From the NCBI GenBank assembly GCA_038087875.1, contig JAXLNO010000489.1, forward strand, positions 1-35,347: 35,347 nucleotides of DNA, read 5' to 3'. The DNA is from Malacoraja senta (Eukaryota). The notes under the pieces were generated by a model that saw only the letters and a program-made list of their open reading frames with translations, had not been told where the DNA came from and did no database searches. A program made the translations under genes and the position numbers. This document shows positions 12,101 to 24,570 of this stretch, in pieces (the stretch's first letter is position 1; every line of letters starts with the position of its first letter).

Positions 12101-15100
12101 GAGGTCGCCATATATCCGGCAAAGTCGCCATTAATCCGGCAAGGTCGCCATAAATCTGCAAAGTCGCCATAACTCCGGCAAGGTCGCCGTATTTCCGGCA
12201 CGGTCGCCATAAATCCGGCTAGGACGCCATAAATCCGGCAAGGTCGCCACATCCCCGGCAAGGTCGCCATAAATCCGACAAGGTCGCCACAAATCCGTCT
12301 AGGTCGCCACATTTCAGGCAAGGTCGCCATTAATCCGGGAATGTCGTCATAAATCCGGCATGGTCGCCACATTCCGGGCAAGATCGCCATAAATCCGGCA
12401 AGGTCGCCACAAATCCGGCAAGGTCGCCACATTTCCGGCAAGGTCGCCATAGATCCGGCAAGGTCGCCACAAATCCGGCAAGGTCGCAACATTTCGGCAA
12501 GGTCGCCAGAAATCCGGCATCGTTGCCACAAATCCGGCAAGGTCGCCACATTTCCGGCAAGGTCGCCACAAATCCCACAAGGTCGCCATAAATCTGGCAA
12601 GGTCGCCACAAATACGGCAAGGTCGCCACATTTGCGGCAAGGTCGCCATAAATCCGGCAAGGTCGCCACAGATAAGGCAAGGTGGCCACAATTCCGGCAA
12701 GGTCGCCATAAATCCGGCAAGGTCGCCACAAATCCGGGAAAGGTCGCCACATCCCCGGCAAGGTCGCCATTAATCCGGGAATGTCGCCATAAATCCGGCA
12801 ATGTCGCCACATTTCCGGGAAAGTCGTCATTAATCCGGGAATGTCGCCATAAATCCGACAAGGTCGCCACATTCTCGGCAAGGTCGCCATAAATCCGGCA
12901 AGGTCTCCACAAATCCGGCAAGGTCGCCACATTTCCGGCAAGGTCGCCATAAATCCTGCAAAGTCTCCACAAATCCGGCAAGGTCGCCACATTTCCGGCA
13001 ATGTCGCCATATATCCGGCAAGGTCACCATAAATCCGGCAAGGTCGCCACAAATGCTGCAAGGTCGCAATAAATCCGGCAATGTCGCCATATTTCCGGCA
13101 AGGTAGCCATAAATCCGGCGTGGTCGCCATATTCCCGGCGAGGTCGCCATAAATCCGGCAAAGTCGCCATAATTCCGGCGAGGTCGCCATATATCCGGCA
13201 AAGTCGCCATTAATCCGGCAAGGTCGCCATAAATCTGCAAAGTCGCCATAACTCCGGCAAGGTCGCCGTATTTCCGGCACGGTCGCCATAAATCCGGCTA
13301 GGACGCCATAAATCCGGCAAGGTCGCCACATCCCCGGCAAGGTCGCCATAAATCCGACAAGGTCGCCACAAATCCGTCTAGGTCGCCACATTTCAGGCAA
13401 GGTCGCCATAAATCCGGCAAGGTCGCCACAAATCCGTCAAGGTCGCCACATTTCCGGCAAGATCGCCATTAATCCGGGAATGTCGTCATAAATCCGGCAT
13501 GGTCGCCACATTCCGGGCAAGATCGCCATAAATCCGGCAAGGTCGCCACAAATCCGGCAAGGTCGCCACATTTCCGGCAAGGACGCCATAAATGCGGCAA
13601 GGTCGCCACAAATCCGGCAAGGTCGCCACATTTCCGGCAATGTCGCCATAAATCCGGCAAGTTTGCCATAAATCTGCAATGTCGCCATAACTCCGGCAAG
13701 GTCGCCATATTTCCGGCACGGTCGCCATAAATCCGGCTAGGACGCCATAAATCCGGCAAGGTCTCCACATTTCCGGCAAGGTCGCGTCAAATCCGGCAAA
13801 GGTCGCCACATTTCAGGCAAGGTCGCCATAGATCCGGCAAGGTCGCCACAAATCCGGCAAGGACGCAACATTTCGGCAAGGTCGCCATGAAACCGGCAAG
13901 GTCGCCACAAGTCCGGCAAGGTCGCCACATTTCCGGCAAGGTCGCCATACATACGGCAAGGTCGCCACAAATCCTACATGGTCGCCATAAATCCGGCAAG
14001 GTCGCCACAAATCCGGCAAAGTCGCCACATTTGCGGAAATGTCGTCATAAATCCGGAAAGGTCGCCATAAATACGGCAAGGTCGCCACAATTCCGGCAAG
14101 GTCGCCATAAATCCGTCAAGGTCGCCACAAATCCGGTAAGGTCGCCACATCCCCGACAAGGTCGCCATAAATCCGGCAAGGTCGCCACAAATCCGTCAAG
14201 GTCGCCATATTTCCGGTAAAGTCGCCATAAATCCGGCAAGGTCGCCATAAATCCGGCAAGGTCGCCATAAATCCGGCTAGGACGCCATAAACCGGCAAGG
14301 TCGATTATTTCCGGCAAGGTCTCCACAAATCCGGCAAGGTCGCCACATTTCCGGCAAGGTCGCCATAAATCCTGCAAAGTCTCCACAAATCCGGCAAGGT
14401 CGCCACATTTCCGGCAATGTCGCCATATATCCGGCAAGGTCACCATAAATCCGGCAAGGTCGCCACAAATGCTGCAAGGTCGCAATAAATCCGGCAATGT
14501 CGCCATATTTCCGGCAAGGTAGCCATAAATCCGGCGTGGTCGCCATATTCCCGGCGAGGTCGCCATAAATCCGGCAAAGTCGCCATAATTCCGGCGAGGT
14601 CGCCATATATCCGGCAAAGTCGCCATAACTCCGGCAAGGTCGCCGTATTTCCGGCACGGTCGCCATAAATCCGGCTAGGACGCCATAAATCCGGCAAGGT
14701 CGCCACATCCCCGGCAAGGTCGCCATAAATCCGACAAGGTCGCCACAAATCCGTCCTAGGTCGCCACATTTCAGGCAAGGTCGCCATAAATCCGGCAAGG
14801 TCGCCACAAATCCGGCAAGGTCGCCACATTTCCGGCAAGATCGCCATTAATCCGGGAATGTCGTCATAAATCCGGCATGGTCGCCACATTCCGGGCAAGA
14901 TCGCCATAAATCCGGCAAGGTCGCCACAAATCCGGCAAGGTCGCCACATTTCCGGCAAGGACGCCATAAATGCGGCAAGGTCGCCACAAATCCGGCAAGG
15001 TCGCCACATTTCCGGCAATGTCGCCATAAATCCGGCAAGTTTGCCATAAATCTGCAATGTCGCCATAACTCCGGCAAGGTCGCCATATTTCCGGCACGGT

Positions 15101-15690
15101 CGCCATAAATCCGGCTAGGACGCCATAAATCCGCAAGGTCTCCATATTTCCGGCAAGGTCGCGTCAAATCCGGCAAAGGTCGCCACATTTCAGGCAAGGT
15201 CGCCATAGATCCGGCAAGGTCGCCACAAATCCGGCAAGGACGCAACATTTCGGCAAGGTCGCCATGAAACCGGCAAGGTCGCCACAAGTCCGGCAAGGTC
15301 GCCACATTTCCGGCAAGGTCGCCATAAATACGGCAAGGTCGCCACAAATCCTACAAGGTCGCCATAAATCCGGCAAGGTCGCCACAAATCCGGCAAGGTC
15401 GCCACATTTGCGGCAATGTCGTCATAAATCCGGAAAGGTCGCCATAAATACGGCAAGGTCGCCACAATTCCGGCAAGGTAGCCATAAATCCGTCAAGGTC
15501 GCCACAAATCCGGTAAGGTCGCCACATCCCCGAAAAGGTCGCCATAAATCCGGCAAGGTCGCCACAAATCCGTCAAGGTCGCCATATTTCCGGTAAAGTC
15601 GCCATAAATCCGGCAAGGTCGCCATAAATCCGGCAAGGTCGCCATAAATCCGGCTAGGACACCATAAACCCGGCAAGGTCGCCATATTTC
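9150..15690 (+). repeat. Four overlapping copies of a higher-order block with periods ~1615, 1079 and 1377-1416 bp
   Basis: The landmark CGTCTAGG occurs at 10681, 12296, 13375 and 14752 (as CGTCCTAGG). ORF-track pairs show matching offsets: 11751/12830 (1079) and 13887/15264 (1377). Confidence 0.82.
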
Positions 15691-18600
15691 CGGCAAGGTC
15701 GCGTCAAATCCGGCAAGGTCGCCACATTTACGGCAAGGTCGCCATAGATCCGGCAAGGTCGCCACAAATCCGGCAAGGTCGCAAAATTTCGGCAAGGTCG
15801 ACAGAAATCCGGCATCGTCGCCACAAATCCGGCAAAGTCGCCACATTTCCGGCAAGGTCGACATGAATCCGGCAAGGTCGCCACAAGTCCGGCAAGGTCG
15901 CCACATTTCCGGCAAGGTCGCCATAAATCCGGCAAGGTCGCCACAAATCCCACAAGGTCGCCATAAATCCGGCAAGATCGCCACAAATACGGCAAGGTCG
16001 CCACAATTCCGGCAAGGTCGCAATAAATCCGTCAAGGTCGCCACAAATCCGGTAAGGTCGCCACATCCCCGACAAGGTCGCCATAAATCCGGCAAGGTCG
16101 CCACAAATCCGTCAAGGTCGCCATATTTCAGGCAAGGTCGCCATAAATCCGGCAAGGTCGCCGCAAATCCGGCAAGATCGCCACATTTCCGGCAACGTCG
16201 CCATAAATCCGGCAAAGTCGCTACAAATCCAGCAAGGTCGCCACAAATGCGGGAAGGTCGCCGCATTTCCGGCAAGTTCGCCATAAGTCCGGCGTTCGCC
16301 ACAAATCCGACAAGGTCGTCATAAATCCAGCAAGGTCGCCTCATTTCCGGCAACATCGCCATAAATCCGGCAAGGTCGCCACAAATCCGGCAATGTCGCC
16401 ACATTTCCGGCAAGGTCGCTATAATTCCGGCGAGGTCGCCATAAATCCGTCAAGGTCGCCTCAAATCCGGTAAGGTCGCCACATCCCCGACAAGGTCGCC
16501 ATAAATCCGGCAAGGTCGCCATATTTCAGGCAAGATCGCCATAAACCCGGCAAGGTCGCCACAACTCCGGCAAGGTCGCCACATTTCCGGCAAGGTAGCC
16601 ATTAATCCGGGAATGTCGCCATAAATCCGGCAAGGTCGCCACATTCCCGGCAAGGTCGCCATAAATCCGGCAAGGTCGCCGCAAATCCGGCAAGGTCGGC
16701 ACATTTCCGGCAAGGTCGCCATAAATACGGCAAGGTCGCCACAAATCCAGCAAGGTCGCCACAAATGCGGCAAGGTCGCCACATTTCCGGCAAAGTCGCC
16801 ATAAACCCGACGTTCGCCACAAATCCGACAAGGTCGTCATAAATCCGGCAAGGTCGCCACATTTCCGGCAAGATCGCCATAAACCCGGCAAGGTCGCCAC
16901 AAATCCGGCAATGTCGCCACATTTCCGGCAAGGTCGCCATAATTCCGGCAAGGTCGCCATAATTCCGGCAAGGTCGCCACAAATCCGGCAAGGTCGCCAT
17001 ATTTCCGGCAAGTCGCCATAAATCCTGCAAGGTCGCCACAAATCCGGCAAGGACGCAACATTTCGGCAAGGTCGCCATGAAACCGGCAAGGTCGCCACAA
17101 GTCCGGCAAGGTCGCCACATTTCCGGCAAGGTCGCCATAAATACGGCAAGGTCGCCACAAATCCTACAAGGTCGCCATAAATCCGGCAAGGTCGCCACAA
17201 ATCCGGCAAGGTCGCCACATTTGCGGCAATGTCGTCATAAATCCGGAAAGGTCGCCATAAATACGGCAAGGTCGCCACAATTCCGGCAAGGTAGCCATAA
17301 ATCCGTCAAGGTCGCCACAAATCCGGTAAGGTCGCCACATCCCCGAAAAGGTCGCCATAAATCCGGCAAGGTCGCCACAAATCCGTCAAGGTCGCCATAT
17401 TTCCGGTAAAGTCGCCATAAATCCGGCAAGGTCGCCATAAATCCGGCAAGGTCGCCATAAATCCGGCTAGGACACCATAAACCCGGCAAGGTCGCCATAT
17501 TTCCGGCAAGGTCGCGTCAAATCCGGCAAGGTCGCCACATTTACGGCAAGGTCGCCATAGATCCGGCAAGGTCGCCACAAATCCGGCAAGGTCGCAAAAT
17601 TTCGGCAAGGTCGACAGAAATCCGGCATCGTCGCCACAAATCCGGCAAAGTCGCCACATTTCCGGCAAGGTCGACATGAATCCGGCAAGGTCGCCACAAG
17701 TCCGGCAAGGTCGCCACATTTCCGGCAAGGTCGCCATAAATCCGGCAAGGTCGCCACAAATCCCACAAGGTCGCCATAAATCCGGCAAGATCGCCACAAA
17801 TACGGCAAGGTCGCCACAATTCCGGCAAGGTCGCAATAAATCCGTCAAGGTCGCCACAAATCCGGTAAGGTCGCCACATCCCCGACAAGGTCGCCATAAA
17901 TCCGGCAAGGTCGCCACAAATCCGTCAAGGTCGCCATATTTCAGGCAAGGTCGCCATAAATCCGGCAAGGTCGCCGCAAATCCGGCAAGATCGCCACATT
18001 TCCGGCAACGTCGCCATAAATCCGGCAAAGTCGCTACAAATCCAGCAAGGTCGCCACAAATGCGGGAAGGTCGCCGCATTTCCGGCAAGTTCGCCATAAG
18101 TCCGGCGTTCGCCACAAATCCGACAAGGTCGTCATAAATCCAGCAAGGTCGCCTCATTTCCGGCAACATCGCCATAAATCCGGCAAGGTCGCCACAAATC
18201 CGGCAATGTCGCCACATTTCCGGCAAGGTCGCTATAATTCCGGCGAGGTCGCCATAAATCCGTCAAGGTCGCCTCAAATCCGGTAAGGTCGCCACATCCC
18301 CGACAAGGTCGCCATAAATCCGGCAAGGTCGCCATATTTCAGGCAAGATCGCCATAAACCCGGCAAGGTCGCCACAACTCCGGCAAGGTCGCCACATTTC
18401 CGGCAAGGTAGCCATTAATCCGGGAATGTCGCCATAAATCCGGCAAGGTCGCCACATTCCCGGCAAGGTCGCCATAAATCCGGCAAGGTCGCCGCAAATC
18501 CGGCAAGGTCGGCACATTTCCGGCAAGGTCGCCATAAATACGGCAAGGTGGCCACAAATCCAGCAAGTTCGCCACAAATGCGGCAAGGTCGCCACATTTC

Positions 18601-18865
18601 CGGCAAAGTCGCCATAAACCCGACGTTCGCCACAAATCCGACAAGGTCGTCATAAATCCGGCAAGGTCGCCACATTTCCGGCAAGATCGCCATAAACCCG
18701 GCAAGGTCGCCACAAATCCGGCAATGTCGCCACATTTCCGGCAAGGTCGCCATAATTCCGGCAAGGTCGCCATAATTCCGGCAAGGTCGCCACAAATCCG
18801 GCAAGGTCGCCATATTTCCGGCAAGTCGCCATAAATCCTGCAAGGTCGCCACAAATCCGGCAAGG
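15214..18865 (+). repeat. Near-perfect tandem duplication, 1813-bp unit (~91 monomers) x2
   Basis: Identical translated ORFs occur at a constant offset of 1813 (15264/17077, 15493/17306, 15863/17676, 16319/18132). I noticed only two substitutions (near 18550 and 18568). Confidence 0.92.
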
Positions 18866-21855
18866 TCGCCATATTTCCGACAAGGTCGCCATAAATCCGG
18901 CAAGTTTGCCTCAAATCCGGCAAGGTAGCCATATATCCGGTAAAGTCGCCATAAATCCGGCAAGGTGCGTCATATCCGGCAATGTCGCCACATTTCAATC
19001 AAGGTAGCCATAAATTCGGCAAGGTCGCGTCAAATCCGGCAAGGTCGCCACATTTCCGGCAAGGTCGACATAGATCCGGCAAGTTCGCCACAAATCCGGC
19101 AAGGTCGCAACATTTCGGCAAGGTCGCCTGAAATCCGGCATCGTCGCCACAAATCCGGCAAGGTAGCCATGAATCCGGCAAGGTCGCCACAAGTCCGGCA
19201 AGGTCGCCATAAATCCGGCAAGGTCGCCACAAATCCCACAATGTCGCCATAAATCCGGCAAGGTCGCCACAAATCCGGCAAGATCGCCACATTTGCGGCA
19301 AGGTCGCCAGAAATCCGGCATCGTCGCCACAAATCCGGCAAGGTCGCCACATTTCCGGCAAGGTCGCCATGAATCCGGCAAGGTCGCCACATTTCCGTCA
19401 AGGTCGCCATAAATCCGGCAAGGTCGCCACAAATCCCACAAGGTCGCCATAAATCGGGCAAGGTCGGCACAAATCCGGTAAGGTCGCCACATTTCCGGAA
19501 AGGTCGCCATTAATCCGGGAATGTCGCCATAAATCCGGCAAGGTCGCCACATTCCCGGCAAGGTCGCCATAAATCAGGCAAGGTCGCCGCAAATCCGGCA
19601 AGGTCGCCACATTTCCGGCAAGGTCGCCATAAATCCGGCAAAGTCGCCACAAATCCAGCAAGGTCGCCACAAATGCGGCAAGGTCGTCACATTTCCGGCA
19701 AGGTCGCCATATGTCCGGCAAGGTCACCATAAATCCGGCAAGGTAGCCACAATTGCGGCAAGGTCGCCATAAATCCGGCAAGGTCGCCACAAATCCCACA
19801 AGGTCGCCATAAATCGGGCAAGGTCGGCACAAATCCGGTAAGGTCGCCACATTTCCGGAAAGGTCGCCATTAATCCGGGAATGTCGCCATAAATCCGGCA
19901 AGGTCGCCACATTCCCGGCAAGGTCGCCATATGTCCGGCAAGGTCACCATAAATCCGGCAAGGTAGCCACAATTGCGGCAAGGTCGCCATATTTCCGGCA
20001 AGGTCGCCATTAATCCGGCCAGGTCGCCACAAATCCGGCAAGGTCGCCACAAATCCGGCAAGGTCGCCATATTGCCGGCAAGGTCGCCATAAATCCGAAA
20101 GGTCGCCACAAATCCGGCAAGGCCGACACATTTACGGCAAGGTCGCCATAAATCCGGCAAGGTCGCCACAAACCAGGCAAGGTCGCCACATTTCCGGCGA
20201 GGTCGCCATACATCCAGCAAAGTCGCCAAAAACCCAGGAAGATCGCAACATTTCCGTCGAGGTCGCCAAAAATCCGGCAAGGTCGCCATAAATCCGTCAT
20301 GGTCGCCACAAATCCGTCAAGGTCGCCACATTTCAGGCAAGGTCGCCATAAATCGGGCAAGGTCCGCACAAATCCGGCAAGGTCGCCACATTTCTGGAAA
20401 GGTCGCCATTAATCCGGGAATGTCGCCATAAATCCGACAAGGTCGCCACAAATCCGGCAAGATCGCCACATTTACGGCAAGGTCGCCATAAATCCGGCAA
20501 GGTCGCCATAAATCGGGCAAGGTCGCCACATTTCCGGCAAGGTCGCCATATTTCCGGCAAGGTCACCATAAATCCGGCAAGGTCGCCCCAAATCCGGCAA
20601 GGTCCACATATTTCCGGCAAGGTCGCTATACATCCGGCAAAGTCGCCAAAATCCGGCAAGATCGCCACATTTGCGGCAAGGTCGCCAGAAATCCGGCATC
20701 GTCGCCACAAATCCGGCAAATTCGCCACATTTCCGGCAAGGTCGCCATGAATCCGGCAAGGTCGCCACATTTCAGGCAAGGTCGCCATAAATCCGGCAAC
20801 TTCGCCACAAATCTCACAAGGTCGCCTTACATCCAGCAAGGTCGCCACAAATCCGGAACGTCGCCACATTTGCGGCAAGGTCGCCATAAATCCGGCTAGG
20901 TCGCCACAAATCCGGCAAGGTCGCCACATCCCCGGCAAGTTCGCCATTAATCCGGGAATGTCGCAATAAATCCGGCAATGTCGCCACATTTCCGGCAAAG
21001 TCGCCATTAATCCGGGAATGTCGCCGTAAATCCGGCAAGGTTGCCACATTCCCGGCAAGGTCGCCTTAAATCCGGCAAGGACGCCACGAATCCGGCAAGG
21101 TCGCCACATTTCCGGCAATGTCGCCATATTTCCGGCAAGGTCACCATAAATGCGGCAAGGTCGCCACAAATGCGGCAAGGTCGCAATAAATCCGGCAAGG
21201 TAGCCATAAATCCGGCGAGGTCGCCATATTTCCGACGAGGTCACCATAAATCCGGTAAGGTCGCCATAATCCCGGCGAGGTCGCCATCTTTCCGGCAAAA
21301 TCGCCATAAATCCGGCAAGGTCGCCATCAATCCGGCAAGGTCGCCATAAATCTGCAAAGTCGCCATAACTCTGGCAATGTCGCCGTATTTCCGGCACGGT
21401 CGACATAAATCCTGCTAGGACGCCATAAATCCGGCAAGGTCGCCATATTTCCGGCAAGGTCGCCAGTAAACCGGGAATGTCGCCATAAATCCGGCTAGGT
21501 CGCCACATTCCGGTCAAGATCGTCATAAATCCGGCAATGTCGCCACAAATCCGGCAAGGTCGCCACATTTCCGGCAAGGTCGCCATAAATCCGGCAAGGT
21601 CGCCACAAATCCAGCAGGGTCGCCACATTTCCGGCAAGGCCGCCACATTTCCGGCAAGGTCGCCATTAATCCGGGAATGTCGCCATAAATCCGGCAAGGT
21701 CGCCACATTTCCGGTAAGGTCGCCATAAACCCGGCAAGGTCGCCACAAATCCGGCAAGGTCGCCACATTTCCGGCATGGTCGCCATAAATCCGGCAAGGT
21801 CGCCACAAATCCGGCAACGTCTCCACATTTCCGGCAATGTCGCCATATTTCCGGC

Positions 21856-24570
21856 AAGATCACCATAAATCCGGCAACGTCGCCACAAATGCGGCAAGGT
21901 CGCCATAAATGCGGCAAGGTCGCCATAATTCCGGCAAGGTCGCCATAAATCCGGCAAGGTCGCCATAAATCCGGCGAGGTCGCCATATTTCCGGCGAGGT
22001 CGCCATAAATCCGGCAATGTCGCCATAATTCCGGCGATGTCGCCATATTTCCGGCAAAGTCGCCATAAGTCCGGCAAGTTTGCCATCAATCTGCAAAGTC
22101 GCCGTAACTCCGGCAAGGTCGCCACAAGTTCGGCAAGGTCGCCACATTTCCGGCAAGGTCGCCATAAATCCGGCAAGGTCGCCACAAATCCCACAATGTC
22201 GCCATAAATCCGGCAAGGTCGCCACAAATCCGGCAAGGTCGCCACATTTGCGGCAAGGTCGCCATAAATCCGGCAAGGTCGCCACAAATACGGCAAGATC
22301 GCCACAATTCCGGCAAGGTCGCCATAAATCCGGCAAGGTCGCCACAAATCCGGTAAGGTCGCCACATCCCCGGCAAGGTCGCCACAAATCCGTCAAGGTC
22401 GCCACAAATCCGTCAAGGTCGCCACATTTCAGGCAAGGTCGCCATAAATTGGGAAGGTCGCCACAAATCCTGCAAGGTCGCCACATTTCCGGCAAGGTCG
22501 CCATTAATCCGGGAATGTCGCCATAAATCCGGCAAGGTCGCCACATTCCCGGCAAGGTCGCTATAAATCAGGCAATGTCGCCGCAAATCCGACAAGGTCG
22601 CCATGAATCCGGCAAGGTAGCCACATTTCCGGCAAGATCGCCATAAATCCGGCAAGGTCGCCACAAATTCGGCAAGGTCGCCATATTGCCGGCAAGGTCG
22701 CCATAAATCCGACTAGGTCGCCACAAATTCGGCAAGGTCGCCACATTTACGGCAAGGTCGCCATAAATCCGGCAAGGTCGCCACAAACCAGGCAAGGTCG
22801 CCACATTTCCGGCGAGGTCGCCATACATCCGGCAAGATCACCATAAATCCGGCAACGTCGCCACAAATGCGGCAAGGTCGCCATAAATGCGGCAAGGTCG
22901 CCATAATTCCGGCAAGGTCGCCATAAATCCGGCAAGGTCGCCACAAATCCCACAATGTCGCCATAAATCCGGCAAGGTCGCCACAAATCCGGCAAGGTCG
23001 CCACATTTGCGGCAAGGTGGCCATAAATCCGGCAAGGTCGCCACAAATACGGCAAGATCGCCACAATTCCGGCAAGGTCGCCATAAATCCGGCAAGGTCG
23101 CCACAAATCCGGTAAGGTCGCCACAACACCGGCAAGGTCGCCACAAATCCGTCAAGGTCGCCACAAATCCGTCAAGGTCGCCACATTTCAGGCAAGGTCG
23201 CCATAAATTGGGAAGGTCGCCACAAATCCTGCAAGGTCGCCACATTTCCGGCAAGGTCGCCATTAATCCGGGAATGTCGCCATAAATCCGGCAAGGTCGC
23301 CACATTCCCGGCAAGGTCGCCATAAATCAGGCAATGTCGCCGCAAATCCGACAAGGTCGCCATGAATCCGGCAAGGTAGCCACATTTCCGGCAAGATCGC
23401 CATAAATCCGGCAAGGTCGCCACAAATTCGGCAAGGTCGCCATATTGCCGGCAAGGTCGCCATAAATCCGACTAGGTCGCCACAAATTCGGCAAGGTCGC
23501 CACATTTACGGCAAGGTCGCCATAAATCCGGCAAGGTCGCCACAAACCAGGCAAGGTCGCCACATTTCCGGCGAGGTCGCCATACATCCGGCAAGATCAC
23601 CATAAATCCGGCAACGTCGCCACAAATGCGGCAAGGTCGCCATAAATGCGGCAAGGTCGCCATAATTCCGGCAAGGTCGCCATAAATCCGGCAAGGTCGC
23701 CATAAATCCGGCGAGGTCGCCATATTTCCGGCGAGGTCGCCATAAATCCGGCAATGTCGCCATAATTCCGGCGATGTCGCCATATTTCCGGCAAAGTCGC
23801 CATAAGTCCGGCAAGTTTGCCATCAATCTGCAAAGTCGCCGTAACTCCGGCAAGGTCGCCACAAGTTCGGCAAGGTCGCCACATTTCCGGCAAGGTCGCC
23901 ATAAATCCGGCAAGGTCGCCACAAATCCCACAATGTCGCCATAAATCCGGCAAGGTCGCCACAAATCCGGCAAGGTCGCCACATTTGCGGCAAGGTCGCC
24001 ATAAATCCGGCAAGGTCGCCACAAATACGGCAAGATCGCCACAATTCCGGCAAGGTCGCCATAAATCCGGCAAGGTCGCCACAAATCCGGTAAGGTCGCC
24101 ACATCCCCGGCAAGGTCGCCACAAATCCGTCAAGGTCGCCACAAATCCGTCAAGGTCGCCACATTTCAGGCAAGGTCGCCATAAATTGGGAAGGTCGCCA
24201 CAAATCCTGCAAGGTCGCCACATTTCCGGCAAGGTCGCCATTAATCCGGGAATGTCGCCATAAATCCGGCAAGGTCGCCACATTCCCGGCAAGGTCGCCA
24301 TAAATCAGGCAATGTCGCCGCAAATCCGACAAGGTCGCCATGAATCCGGCAAGGTAGCCACATTTCCGGCAAGATCGCCATAAATACGGCAAGGTCGCCA
24401 CAAATTCGGCAAGGTCGCCATATTGCCGGCAAGGTCGCCATAAATCCGACTAGGTCGCCACAAATTCGGCAAGGTCGCCACATTTACGGCAAGGTCGCCA
24501 TAAATCCGGCAAGGTCGCCACAAACCAGGCAAGGTCGCCACATTTCCGGCGAGGTCGCCATACATCCGGC
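21856..24570 (+). repeat. Three tandem higher-order units of 978, 759 and 978 bp
   Basis: Unit start AAGATCACCATAAATCCGGCAACGTC at 21856, 22834 and 23593. Landmark AAATTGGGAAGG near 22446, 23205 and 24183. Confidence 0.88.

Noticed and set aside
20940..20956. CENP-B-box-like TTCG...CGGG (TTCGCCATTAATCCGGG; also near 27969 and 29125)
   Set aside because: The spacing is 9 nt rather than the 7 nt of the TTCGnnnnAnnCGGG core, and the motif is rare in the array.
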